DNA of 64,000 bases. It comes from Camelus dromedarius (taxonomy: Eukaryota). Every line of letters starts with the position of its first letter. Position 1 is the stretch's first letter. This document shows, in pieces, positions 36,983-48,468 of the stretch. Position numbers and translations under genes: made by a program. The notes beneath the pieces are model-generated. The model was not told where the DNA came from and searched no databases. It saw nothing but the letters and a program-made list of their open reading frames with translations. The stretch is taken from positions 105,402,001 through 105,466,000 of the forward strand of contig NC_087436.1 of the NCBI RefSeq assembly GCF_036321535.1. Reading direction: 5' to 3'.

Positions 36983-37699
36983 TTACCTTACCAGGACTCT
37001 AAATCATGGCTAGAAGTTTTCCAGCTACCTTCTCCCCATGGTCCTGAATTTCTGCTGCTCAAAGGCCCTTGCATGTAGGAAACCCTTTGCCAGAGAAGAG
37101 CTCAGGGAGTTTCTTGAGGACCTCTTATATGGCAGGAGGGCTCAGAAAAGACTGGAGATGGCCGTGCAGAGCAGAAGGCCCCTCCACACTGAGGGTGGCA
37201 GTAGGGAGTGGGGGACAGAGAGCATAGAAGTAAAAATGATGCTTCTCACACCTGCACCAGGGACAAATAAGTAACCCACAACACCCCATAGAGGGAAGAA
37301 ATGTAAAACACTTTGCATTCATTGATAAAATAACAACGAAAGAAAACAACAAAACAACGAGATCACTCTATGTAGTTCTAGTACCCAAAATAAATGAGTC
37401 CTTGAGTATTTCCTGACAGTTGCTGATTACCTAGCAAAATGCCTTTATCCCTGACTCGTGCGACACTTATGCCCGCAGATGTGGAGATGCTAATTATGCC
37501 TGAAAACTGCTGTTATTCCACCATGAACAGATGACTGAAAACTTGGTGACCTTGGTAGTTTCGCAGGGTTTTTTTGTTTGTTTGGTTTAAATATCAGTTG
37601 TGTTTTTATTTTCTGGCTTCCTCGCAATACTTAGCAAATTGACTTCTTGCTTCTGTCTCTGAGTCCTCCTCGCATGGGTTTTTGTAGTTGTCAAGGGGT

Positions 37700-38700
37700 A
37701 AGGATGATGACAGACTGGGATGAGATCTTCTTCTCTTCTTCTCTGCAGGTCTTGATGATTATTGTCTCCTATCTCTTCATTCTGTCCCCTTCTTTCCACC
37801 ACCACTCCACCCTCCTACTCCAAGTGTTGCCGGGACTATTGCGACAGTTCTAATTGGCCAGCCCACAGCTTCTGGCCTCTCTACAGCCCATCTTCTACAC
37901 AAAGGCTAGAGTGACCCTTTTTGAAATCCAAACCTGATGATGTCACCTTCTTGCTGCTAAGCTGCTCTGTCTCACTGTTGCTCTTAGAATCATAGCAAAT
38001 AAGCATATGGTGCCAAATGTGTGCCATGTACTGTTCTAGAAAGTTTTACACACACCCTATTCATTAATTTAATCCTCCCATTAATAGTCTCATATTTCAC
38101 GTGAGCAAACGGAGGGATTAAGTAACACAGCTAATAAGGGATTGAGTGGGGACTTGAACCCAAGAAAACAGTCTCCAGAATCCAAACTCTTACCTGCTGT
38201 TCTAGACAATGGCTTAGTGACCTTGGAAACCCTCCAGGATGCCCCTGCCATCTTGCTAGCTTCCTCACTCTCTGCCCTTCAGTGACACTGGCCTGCTTCC
38301 ACTTCCTTGTACTCATCCTGCTCTCACTCACCACATGGCCTTTGCACACACTCTGCTTTGCTGAACGTGCTCTTCTTTCCTCTCAGAGAGAAAGTAACTC
38401 TTCCCAGAACTTGGTTCAGGAATGCCATCCAAGATCTCCTCTAGTAGATCCAATCCCCCTAGACGGGCTTTCGGGGCACTGTGAACCTCTCCCACAGAAC
38501 ACATGCCAACTTCTAGCTTTTTGTTGGTTTGAGTGATTACTTGATAATATCCCTGCCTCCCTTCCCCAACCCATGGGTGAGCTACATGAGGACAGAGTTC
38601 TGCTCCCTGCTATTCTTCCAGGACACAGCCTGGGGTCTGGCTCACAATATTTGCAGAATAAAGAGAGGGATGGTGGGGGGCAGTGGATGAATCAATGATG
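37700..38700 (+). mobile_element. L2 fragments with an embedded MIR
   Basis: CTAGAGTGACCCTTTTTGAAATCCAAACCTGATGATGTCAC..; CACTGGCCTGCTT..GGCCTTTGCACA..; AATATTTGCAGAATAAA. Confidence 0.6.
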
Positions 38701-40429
38701 CCTGATATCAGGTTTAAAAAAAAAGTTCTTATTATGCAGATTACTGAAAAGCTAACCAGAGACAGAGAGGACTCAACATGTGGTTTTATTGTATAGTCGT
38801 GGTGCTAGTTCTAGTGCTCAGTGTGACCCACTGCTCTTGGTCCTGATGCACAGATCAGGGAGTGAGCAGGCTGTCATGGAGAGAGCCTGGATCTTTGGAC
38901 CAGAAAGACTTTGATCCAAAGCCCTTCCTCCGGGCTGATGTTCTGTCATATTTCTGTGTATTTCAGAGGCTCTTTTTTCCCTTCAAATTTTAATGTTTTT
39001 GAAAGCACAATTGATCTTACAACAAAGCTGTACATTTAATGAAGTGGGTTTTTTTGTGGTTCCCTGTAAAGCAGTTATGAAATCAATGGTGAGTCCCACG
39101 GTCAATGGCATTTTGGAATTGAGGTAATTCCATTTGTGGCCTTGGGTAAAGTCTTTGCTTTTCTGAGTCCTCATTTCCTTATCTATAAAATGGCGGGGTT
39201 GTCGTAAATATTGGAGATGGATATCATGGCCTCAGAACAGCGGCTCGTAGCTTTAATTCATCAACGGGAAGTCTACTAGAAGTTTCATAGAATATGTGTC
39301 AGATTAGTGTTTTGCTACAATGACCCCTATCCTTGCATGCTCAGTCTCATATTTGGCTACTCACAAATTTAAAAGGGAAATAAGAGAGAACATTTTAGGG
39401 GCTCTTTCTTCTTTACATTTTAATTAATGCTGTACAAAAGCTCTTTCTAGTCCCCTGCTAGTATTTTACTGGTCAGGCTTCCCGGGCACCACCCACGGGG
39501 AGAAAGGCACTGTTGAACCGGTCACTAGGGTGCGCTCTTAAAGCTTGGTTTTCCCCTGTCCTCCACTTTCTAAAGACTCTACAAATATTCTCCATCGGAC
39601 CTTGCTTCTTCCTTACATTAAAAATTATATGAAATTTGACTCATCTACTAGGCATATCTTTTTTTTTTAAACTCAGGGCAATTACTTGTTCCATTTCTAC
39701 ATCTAATGCTCTTTCTAGTTTATTCTTGGTGAGCATTAGTCAGTGCAGCTCATATTTTGGCAAAGGATTCTATTTGCTCCAAGCCAGTAACTGGAGTATA
39801 ATCTCAGTAAAGTCATCTAAAATCTTCATTTACGTCACTGTTTGTCATTCAGCAACTTGAGCCGGGACACAAGCAATGACATAAATTAAGCTTTCAGATG
39901 ATTGTGTGGAAAATGATGTCTTTATGAAGGACCTCCCTTTACCCTTAAAAATAGTCAGAGGACCAATAAATAGCTGTCTTAACCATATTTAACTTGGCAG
40001 ATGAATGTGTGCTAAGAATAAACGAGAAAACAGACATTTGGACTGAAAAACAGAAAAAGCAACTGCTGAGTGAAGGCAGAGAAGAATGTGAAAAGTCTGA
40101 GCCTACTTGTCAAGTCCGGAGACCCAAATCTCTCTTCTGCTGATTGGGGAACTCAGCCGCTGTGAAAGGCGGAGGTCAAAGCAGACCTCTTCCATTGACC
40201 AACTTTTGTGGATGTCTGCAAATCATTTTCCCTCTCTATTTATGCTGCTAGGATAAGGTTTTCCATTATTTATTATTAACACATTGCTTATCTTTCAGGA
40301 GTTGAATTAATTTTTGGAAACAGCAAAGAACACTGAGAGCTGAGTGGGGTGAATAAAGCTGATGACCAAGTAGGGTAATGAATGTGTGTGTGTGATTTTC
40401 CTAATTGAATATAAAGCAATGAAACTAGT

Positions 40430-41007
40430 TGTAGTGAGTTGAATGATGTCCCCATCCCACCCCCTCAAAGAGGTATGTGTATGTCCTAATCTGAGGAAAC
40501 TGAATGTGACCTTATTTAGAAGGGTTTTTGAAGAGGGAAGTAAGTTTCTTAACATAAGAGCATCCATAAATATCCTGGTAGGCCGTGAATTCAATGACAA
40601 ATGTCTCACAAGAGGGAGATATGAGGCAGCAAAGAGGAGCCCATGTGAAGACAGAGGCAAAGATTGGAGTGATGCAGCCATGGGCCAGGGAACGCCAGGA
40701 GCCCGTAGAAGCTGAAGCAAACAAAGGATTCGCTCCTTTTTTAAAAAATTAAATTAAATTTATTTATTTTTATTGAAGTACAATCAATTACAATGTATCA
40801 ATTTCTGGTGTACAGCACAATGTCCCAGTCACGCATATATTCGTTTTCATATTTAGGATTTGCTCTTAATTCTTTCAGATGGTGCACTGCCCTGTTGACA
40901 CCTTGATTTCAGATTTCTGGCCTACAGAACTAAGACAATATATTTATTTTCTTTGAAGCCACCATGTTTGTGGGAATTTGTTACGGCAGCCCCCAAAAAT
41001 TAATACT
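40430..41007 (+). mobile_element. MLT1C-like LTR interrupted by a short L1 3' end
   Basis: TGTAGTGAGTTGAATGATGTCCCC..TGAATGTGACCTTATTT..GACACCTTGATTTCAGATTTCTGGCCT..AATTTGTTACGGCAGCC. Confidence 0.8.
40736..40854 (-). mobile_element. Short L1 3' end with 11-bp TSD
   Basis: TTTATTGAAGTA..ATTTCTGGTGTACAGCA; TSD AGGATTCGCTC (40725-40735) and AGGATTTGCTC (40855-40865) differ by one CpG transition. Confidence 0.85.
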
Positions 41008-41152
41008 CTGGTTCTATGCGGGGGCTTGAAAACTTGGTTTTAAGACAACTGCCAAAGAGAAAGGAATTTCAGAACTCATTTGAGCAGCGACGGTATCATT
41101 GAAAGAAGTGTCTCTTTTCCCCCAAAGTCTGCTTAAAAGAATTCCTCCGCAT

Positions 41153-41600
41153 CTGTATCAATCGGGGACCAACTAGGGAAACAGAAATCACTCTGGGTTT
41201 TTACAGAGAGGGAAAGTAAGGCAGGAATTTGTTACACCACTGGGGGAGAAGCCAAGAAGGCCAAAGGAAGCAGAGAGGGAATCCCGAGATTAGCAGCAGC
41301 AGGAAGCTATGCCCGCCGCTGGGGGCAGGTCAGCCTCCCCGGGGTGACGCGGGAACCGTGCCAGGCTCTGTGTGTAGGGGCTGCGGCTGCTGCGGTAGAC
41401 GCGGCTGGGGAGGTGGAGAGGGAGGGAGGAAATAGCCCCGCCTCCCCCTTGCTCCACCCTCCCAACCCTTTCAGTCCCTCTCATTGGCTGAACTCAGTCA
41501 GCCGCTCCCTGACGTAGTGGGAGCCGGGAAACTGCCTCTAGACCGCAGAGCAGGGGAAAGACGAGGAACTGATTGAGGACAAAGCTGCCCAGGACCTGGA
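41153..41600 (-). mobile_element. LTR33-like ERVL LTR, unusually CpG-rich
   Basis: GGAAACAGAAATCACTCTGGGT..GAGATTAGCAGCAGCAGGAAGC..CTCATTGGCTGAAC..GGGAGCCGGGAAA..GCAGAGCAGGG. Confidence 0.6.
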
Positions 41601-41705
41601 TCCTGTCATGGAGATGCGCTTCAAGAAAAATGCTCTAGCGGATGGGACGGCATTCTACTTACATCCTAGAAGATCTGGAATCATCCCTCTCTTCTTTTCC
41701 TCTCT

Positions 41706-42195
41706 GTGGCAGATGGGATAATGGTTCCCCAAAGACGTCCACATTTGGCGAAACATCCTAATCCCTGGAACCTGTCAATAAGGTACCTTATTTGACACAA
41801 GGGACTTTCTCGACGTGATTAAATTAAGGGTTTTGAGATGAGGGGGTTTTTCTGGATCATCCGGATGGGCCCAGTGTAATCACAAGGGGCCTTATAAGAG
41901 GGAGATGGGAGAGTCAGAGACTAAAACAAGAGATGCGATGTTGGAAGCAGAGGTTGGAGTGATGTGCTTTGAAGATGGAGGCAGAGGCCACCAGCCAAGG
42001 AATGCAGGCAGCCTCTAGAGGCTGGAAAAGGCAAGGGACTCCCCTCTGAATCCTCCAGAAAGAAACGGAGCCCTGCCAGCACCTCCTTCAGCCTAGTGAA
42101 ACAGCTTCTGAACTCCAGAACTGTCAGATATTAAATTTATGTCTTTTTAAGCCACTAGATTATGATCATTTCTTACAGAAGCAAAAAAAAAAATT
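41706..42195 (+). mobile_element. MLT1D solo LTR
   Basis: TGTGGCAG..ATAATGG..CCCCAAAGACGTCCAC..CCTAATCCCTGGAACCTGT..GCCAAGGAATGCAGGCAGCCTCTAGA..TTTAAGCCACTA. Confidence 0.85.
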
Positions 42196-43667
42196 AATTC
42201 TTTAACTTCCTATTTCAAACGGTAAGATGAAACCGTCCAATGTATTCTGTCTTCAGCTGACACAGCAGGTCGAACTGACCCACTGTATTTTTTCACTCAT
42301 TTCTCAAAGTACCTCTCCACCGTGAAAGCTCAGTGCAAAGTCAAAAGGCCAAGAAAATAATTGCAGTGATTTCATGCAATCCAAAGGAGTACAAGTCATA
42401 GTTTTTGTCGTAAATGATGTTACAATTATTTTGTGTCAAAGTTGGCTTTCCATCTATAGGGTGGTATTTAATCCAATACCTGTACTCAACAGGTAATCAT
42501 GCTGCATTCTGACAAATGCCCTTTAGAATACTTAGAAGCAATCTCTTTGCTTTGGGGGTTGGTTAGCATCACTTGGTGATCTTTATTAGAGAAATAAAAT
42601 ATCGAATGCTATGACTTTAGTGTCTTCATTAAATTAAGCAGGCTTGATTCAGATCAGTTAAGTGGGAAAGGAGATTCTCTAAAATGAGAGCTCATGCATT
42701 TACAAGAGTTTTTACAACCTAATTAACGGCAGAGCCTTCTTTCTGCATGCTAGGGACGGGTAGGGGGAAGAGAAAGAAAAAGGGAAAAGATAAGGAGGAA
42801 GATTCTTTTCAGACCAAGCGATACACTAATAATAACAGTGGCAACAGCAATACTGATATAATTTAACCATATAGAATCTAGGAGGGAGTGATCAGCTCTC
42901 TCAACCTAATGAAAGCAGTACAATTAGCCACATTTCACAGCTGAAGCAGGTGAGTCTCGGTGGATCAAGGTCGTCCAGGTGGTTATGCATCCAAACTGGA
43001 ACTCCTGAGTCAAAATTTTTAAGTGCTGTATTCAGGTTTTTAATTCCCCACTCCCACCCCCCGGCTTAGCTTTCTGTTATTTGGGAAGGGGAGAAGGCCT
43101 CAACTCAACAGTAATTTATACATGACATGCATTTGTTAAATATTTATCACATTCGTGTTCGAATAAATGAATGAAAATTGTCCACCCAGCCACTGCACAC
43201 CTCCAGGCAAGTTACGTGCTAATTCTGTGCCTGAGCAATGTATTTAAAAAGAGGCAAGCCTGCCTCTGGTTTGGAACAGAATGAATGGCTTGATTTTGTG
43301 CATTCATTCATTCATTCTTTCCCCCATTGAACAGAGAGCACTGACGACTTCCCAGGAGCCAGGCTGTGTGTTGGCCGGTGGGATATACAGGTAAAGAAGA
43401 CAGTTCCTTCTCTTAGGGATGTTCAGTGACCTCTGTATTGGGCCAAGAACCCCTGCCGACTCTGATAACGTGGACAACACCACTGACTCACGAAGCCTAG
43501 ACCAGAAAGGGTCCTGGGAGGGACCCTTCATGTGGGAGAGGAATCAGCTGGCCAGCTGGACTGTAGCTGAGGATCAGATAGGCCTGGGTTCAAACCCTGG
43601 GTCTGTCACGTACCAGCTGTCACTTACCAGCTCGTTAGCTGCACTTGCTCACTTGGGGATACTGGTG

Positions 43668-43966
43668 CAGTCGTCCCTTGGTATCTTCAGGGGAATTGGT
43701 TCCAGGGCTTCATGGGGTTACCGAAATGCCATGATGCTCAAACCCCTCGTATAAAAAGGCACAGTATTTGTATATAACTGATGCACATCCTCCCGTATCC
43801 TTCAAATCATCTCTTTCTTACTTATAATACCTAATACAATGTAAATGCTAAACAGTTGCCAGCACACAGCCAATCCAAATTTTACTTTTTGGAACTTTTG
43901 GGAATTCAAGAAATACACATGGTTGAATCTGTGGATGCAGAACCCACAGGTACAGAGGGCCAACCG
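43668..43966. mobile_element. MER2-type Tigger MITE inserted into a MIR
   Basis: Inverted termini CAGTCGTCCCTTGGTATC / GGTACAGAGGGCCAACCG; internal CACATCCTCCCGTAT..TACTTATAATACCTAATACAATGTAAATGCTA. Confidence 0.85.
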
Positions 43967-44309
43967 CACATACCCCGGAGGCAGGAGGTGAAGCATATGA
44001 AATGCTTAGCTCAGGAGAGGAAGCACTCAATACCTGTTTAAACTCTTATGGCATTGTCTCCACCATGCTTTGGGTCTGACCGCACTCCCTACTGCCATTA
44101 AGAAATGTTTAATGTTCATGTGTCATATCCACTGATCTATATTGTAAGTGCCTTCAAGATTGGTTAAACAACAGGTGAATATAAAATGCTGAGACTGAGT
44201 ACTTTGGTAACTATTTAAAATAGAGATTCCAGACCACAAACCTAGTACTGTGACTTGTCCAAGTCCCCATCACGTCCTATAGGGACCCTTCTACAGCCTG
44301 CTCCCCTTC

Positions 44310-44832
44310 TCACTTGCTATGTGTACTCTCTGCTTTACGGGCCAGATCTGGTCGCTCTCCTGCCTTCCAGGGACTTCCCATGGCACTGAAATGAACCCAT
44401 CTTCCTACCGTGGGCTGGGAGGCCCCTGCTGACTTGTCTGCTGTCAAGCCAGCCCACTCCGATCTCTCTGTGCTGGCCACCTGACCTTTCTGTTCCTTGA
44501 ACATACTAAGCCATTTTCTGTGCCAAGCCCTTTGCCTTCTGATCTCTCTGCTTAGAATGACCTTCCCAACCATCCCTCAAATGACCCCGCCTTATTAAAC
44601 GCCTCTCCTAAAAGGCAGCACTCCCTTCTTGACTCTCTAGCCCTTGCCTGGTTGTATTTCCTTCCTGCTGCTCATCCCCACGCATTTACTTACATATCAT
44701 CTGTCTCCCACACCAGAGCAGGGAAGCTCCAAGAATGTGCACTGCCTCGTTCACTGCCGAATCCCCCCCGGCCTAGGATGCAGCCTGGCATTTAGCAGAT
44801 GTTCAGTAAATATCTGTTGGAATGAATGAATA
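44310..44832 (+). mobile_element. L2a 3' end
   Basis: CTGTTCCTTGAACATAC..GTTCACTG..CCTGGCATTTAGCAGATGTTCAGTAAATATCTGTTGGAATGAATGAA. Confidence 0.8.
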
Positions 44833-46563
44833 GACCCCTGTCAAGAGTGTTTTTTCCAATTTGGGAAAACAAACTTCTGTAATTCACAAATTATGGTATT
44901 TTGTAATTAACAAATTGTCACTACCTAAATCTTGTTGTGCGTGCTTGGCTTGTGGCTGCTGAACAACAACAACAACAAAAGTAAGAGATACTTCTTGTTC
45001 CCCCCTCCCACAGCCCTGTGGACTGCACTGGACAGAGTAGCAAGAAGATATGTGTTTATACATAATATTCTCAATATACCAGAGAGGAGAGTGTGTCCTT
45101 AAGGCCTGTGATTGCCTGTGAAAAGTCCGGGCGGTTAGACCAAACCAGCAAGACTGCCAGTGCTGAGGAGATTGCACTGCAAGCCAGAGAGGACAGATTT
45201 TTTTAACTTTAAAAAGAGGTGTGGTTTGTGTCACATTCAACATGCAAAAGGACGTAGCTCAGTGATCTTCCAGTCTGCTCCCATGTTTCCTGGACCCTTG
45301 AAGAACGTGACTTGGGAAACAAGTGATCTGTTCGTCAGGTTCTCAGGACTGATGATTTTCTTTGGAAATAGATGCCACTGAAACTTTGATTCAATGGCTG
45401 GTACAGAAAGATGATATAAGATGCTACAGATCACAGATTTGCAGTGTGAAAGCTGGTTCTTGGGTGATAAAATTTGTTTTTTTAATGTATAAAGCACAGA
45501 TATAAATACACATTACATGATGGGGGCATGATTAGGGGGAAAACTAAGTGTTAAGTATAATTCACCTGACAACCCCTATGGGGTTGGGACTATTGTTTGA
45601 CCACTTTAGAGGTGAGGACACTGATTCTCTGATAGAGAGAATGGTGAGCTCAGGTTCACCCAGCCATAAATGGGAGAGCAGCTACAGCAAGCCCCAAAGT
45701 GCCATGTTGTTCTGGGAAAAAAACAGTTCTCCTAAAAACCCTGGAAGGTGCTTAGGTTGACATAGTGTGCTGGAATACTCAGTTAACAGAGCAGTAAACA
45801 AAACTGGGAGCTGGGTGTCCTTCCAACTTCCCGTCATGAAGCTTTCTGACGTCTCCAGGGCTCCAGAGTCCTCCATCGGGGACTGGGTTGTAAACACATT
45901 TGAGACTTGTTAGTGTTCACAGGTCTTTCAATGAGAACACAAGGTGGTGAGGCCTGGAGAAGTTAGAATGACAAAACGAAGCACTGAGGGAAGAGAGAAA
46001 GGAAAGCAAGAAAGAAATTCAAAAAGAAACACCAATAGGCTTCGCAGATTTCTGAGCTTATGAAGGACAGTGAAGACCAGCTCTGCCCCACTGTGTGCTG
46101 TGTGACCTGGGCAAGTTACTTAACCTCCCTGAGCCTCGCTTTCCCCATCCAGGAGAAGGGTGTGAGGACTAGTGAGATCTTCTGTGAGAACAGCCTCTAA
46201 GTCTCTGCTAGAGAGGAGGCTACGTCTCCTGGCCTGGCCTGCCACCCTCCAGGATGAACAGTTTCCTTCCCTCAGAGTCCCTCCACTTCACTCCGATGCT
46301 CCCAAATGATTTACCGAGCTGGAGGACGAACCCCACTGAACCCCACTGTAAGTTTTCTAATGGATCCATCTCCTGTGGGCTTCACAAAGGGCCACTGGCA
46401 ACTGCAAAACTGCTAGTCGGGTAAAGAGCAAATCCAGGGAGAAAGCTAAAATCATGTAAAACCTTAAATTGTCTTTTCTACTCTCCAGTACTTTCAGGGC
46501 CCTGTGTACATGCACTTGACACAATAATTTCTAATTATTCCTCCCAACTCATGAAAGCACATT

Positions 46564-46701
46564 AAAAAAATTTGGGGGGTAGTTAATTAGATTTATTTAT
46601 TTATTTATTTAATTTTTTTTTTTAATGGAGGGAGTGGGGATTGAACCCAGGACCTCATGCATGCTAAGCATGTGCTCTAGCACTGAGCTATACCCTCCCC
46701 C
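46564..46701 (-). mobile_element. tRNA-Ala-derived SINE (camelid vic-1 type), full length with TSD
   Basis: Reverse complement GGGGAGGGTATAGCTCAGTGCTAGAGCACATGCTTAGCATGCATGAGGTCCTGGGTTCAATCCCCA..AAATAAATAAATCTAATTAAC. TSD ATGAAA(G/A)CACATT at 46551-46563 and 46703-46715. Confidence 0.9.
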
Positions 46702-47654
46702 AATGAAAACACATTGTTTAAAGAGTCTTTACTTAGCCTCCCCTTTTTAGTTCTCACCTCCGCTTATGTACATGAATGCAATTAATTTCCAATTTCCGAT
46801 GCACAGGAAATAAGAAGCTCCCTGTTACACTTTGTGCTTTGGCGTTGTCATTCTGCACCTTGATTCACCGTTCTCTTGCCTTTCCTGCTTCGTCTGGTTC
46901 TCATGTGTCCTGCGCTTAGGAGGTGATGTGGACTGTGAGAAATGTCACCTGCATTTGGAGTCAGAAAGGAGTGGAGGTGAACCTAGTGTTGCCACTTCCT
47001 GGCTGGGCGAACTTGGGAATGTTACTTAAGTTCTTTCAACCTCAGACTCCTGTGGAATGGAAACGGTAATTCCTGACATGAGAATGTAATGAGATCTTGT
47101 TTGCTGGATAGTCTGCATTCTTAGTAGCAAGTGACAGAAAACTCAGCTCAAATTGGCAAAAAAAAAAAAAAAGGATTGGCTCATGGAACAAAAAAACCCA
47201 AGGGTGTATAATGTCACAAACAGGACTGATAATGGCAGCAAGGGACGCTCCCCACACACAGCAGGACAGAAAGGAGGGGCCGTGACCGATCTGAATTATT
47301 AGAACCTTCACCGCTCATTACAGATTCCTTCAGGATCAAAGACCCGCTGGGTGCCTACCCTCTGCAAATATCAAAGGAAAATGAGTCTTCTGGTATTCAT
47401 TCCAGCTATTAGAAAACTTTAAAGTGTGTTTTGAAAAATCTGGATATGTGAATCTGCTTTTTCAACTGGAAATTTTATGAACTCTAAGTACAGATGAAGT
47501 ATTTTGAGTGAAAATTCAGTTCTACCCGTATAAACTATACCACTGTATGCTATATTCATCACTAAATGTCAAAGTCTCAATATGAGGAAAAGTAAAAATA
47601 TCTCAATAAATTTTATGTCGATTACATGACGAAATGGTATTTTAAATATTTTGA

Positions 47655-48098
47655 TGTTATAGGTTGAATTGTGTCCCCCAAGAGGCCCATGTTGAAGTCC
47701 TAGTCCTCAGTACCTCAGAATGCGACTTTATATGGAAATAGAGTCATTGCCGATGTAATTAGTTAAGACGAAGTCAAACTGAAGCAGGGGGTGTCCCTAA
47801 TCCATGACGACTTAAGTCCTTATCAAAAGAACACCACGCAAAGATAAAGAAACACGTAAAGCAGGAAGACAACGTGAAGACTCGAGGGGAATGTCGTCTA
47901 TAAGCCAAGGAATGCCAGAGATTTCCAGCAAACCGCCAGGAGCTAGGAGACAGGCATGGAACAGACATTTCCCTCATGTTACCCGGAAGGAACCTACCTG
48001 GCTGACACCTTGATTTCAGACATCCAGCCTTCAGAAGTATGAGAAAATGTCCCCCAGTTTGTGCTGCTTTGTTATGGCAGCCCTAGGAAACTGGTACA
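47655..48098 (+). mobile_element. MLT1C-like LTR nested in MER33 (flanks ~47560-47654 and 48099-48235)
   Basis: TGTTATAGGTTGAATTGTGTCCCC..CAGTACCTCAGAATG..TTTGTTATGGCAGCCCTAGGAAACTGGTACA; the flanks join into MER33 ending TTCTATTGGACAG. Confidence 0.85.
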
Positions 48099-48437
48099 CT
48101 CGGGTTGAGTAAAATACATTATTAGTGTTAATTTCACCTTGTTTGCTTTTTTACTTTTAAAAAATGTGGTTCTTAGAAAGTTAAACATTACACAGGTAGC
48201 TTGCATAGCCTTTCTATTGGACAGAACTTCTCTAGAAGAAAAGCACAGGTGTTATGAGCATATAAGACAGGGAGTCCTGACCTACTGAGGGAGTTCAGGA
48301 AAATCTTCCGTGAAGAAGCCATGTTTGGACTGAGAGCTAGTGGGTCATTAGGACTTAATGAAATGAGAGAGTGGGCAAGTGGGAGGTGGAAGGGCAGAGA
48401 GCTCCAGGCAGAGGCAATGGGTTTTGCAAACACTCAG

Positions 48438-48439
<2 letters not shown>

Positions 48440-48468
<29 letters not shown>
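48440..48468. repeat. Poly(A)29
   Basis: Direct count; a T23 run also occurs at 22790-22812. Confidence 0.95.
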
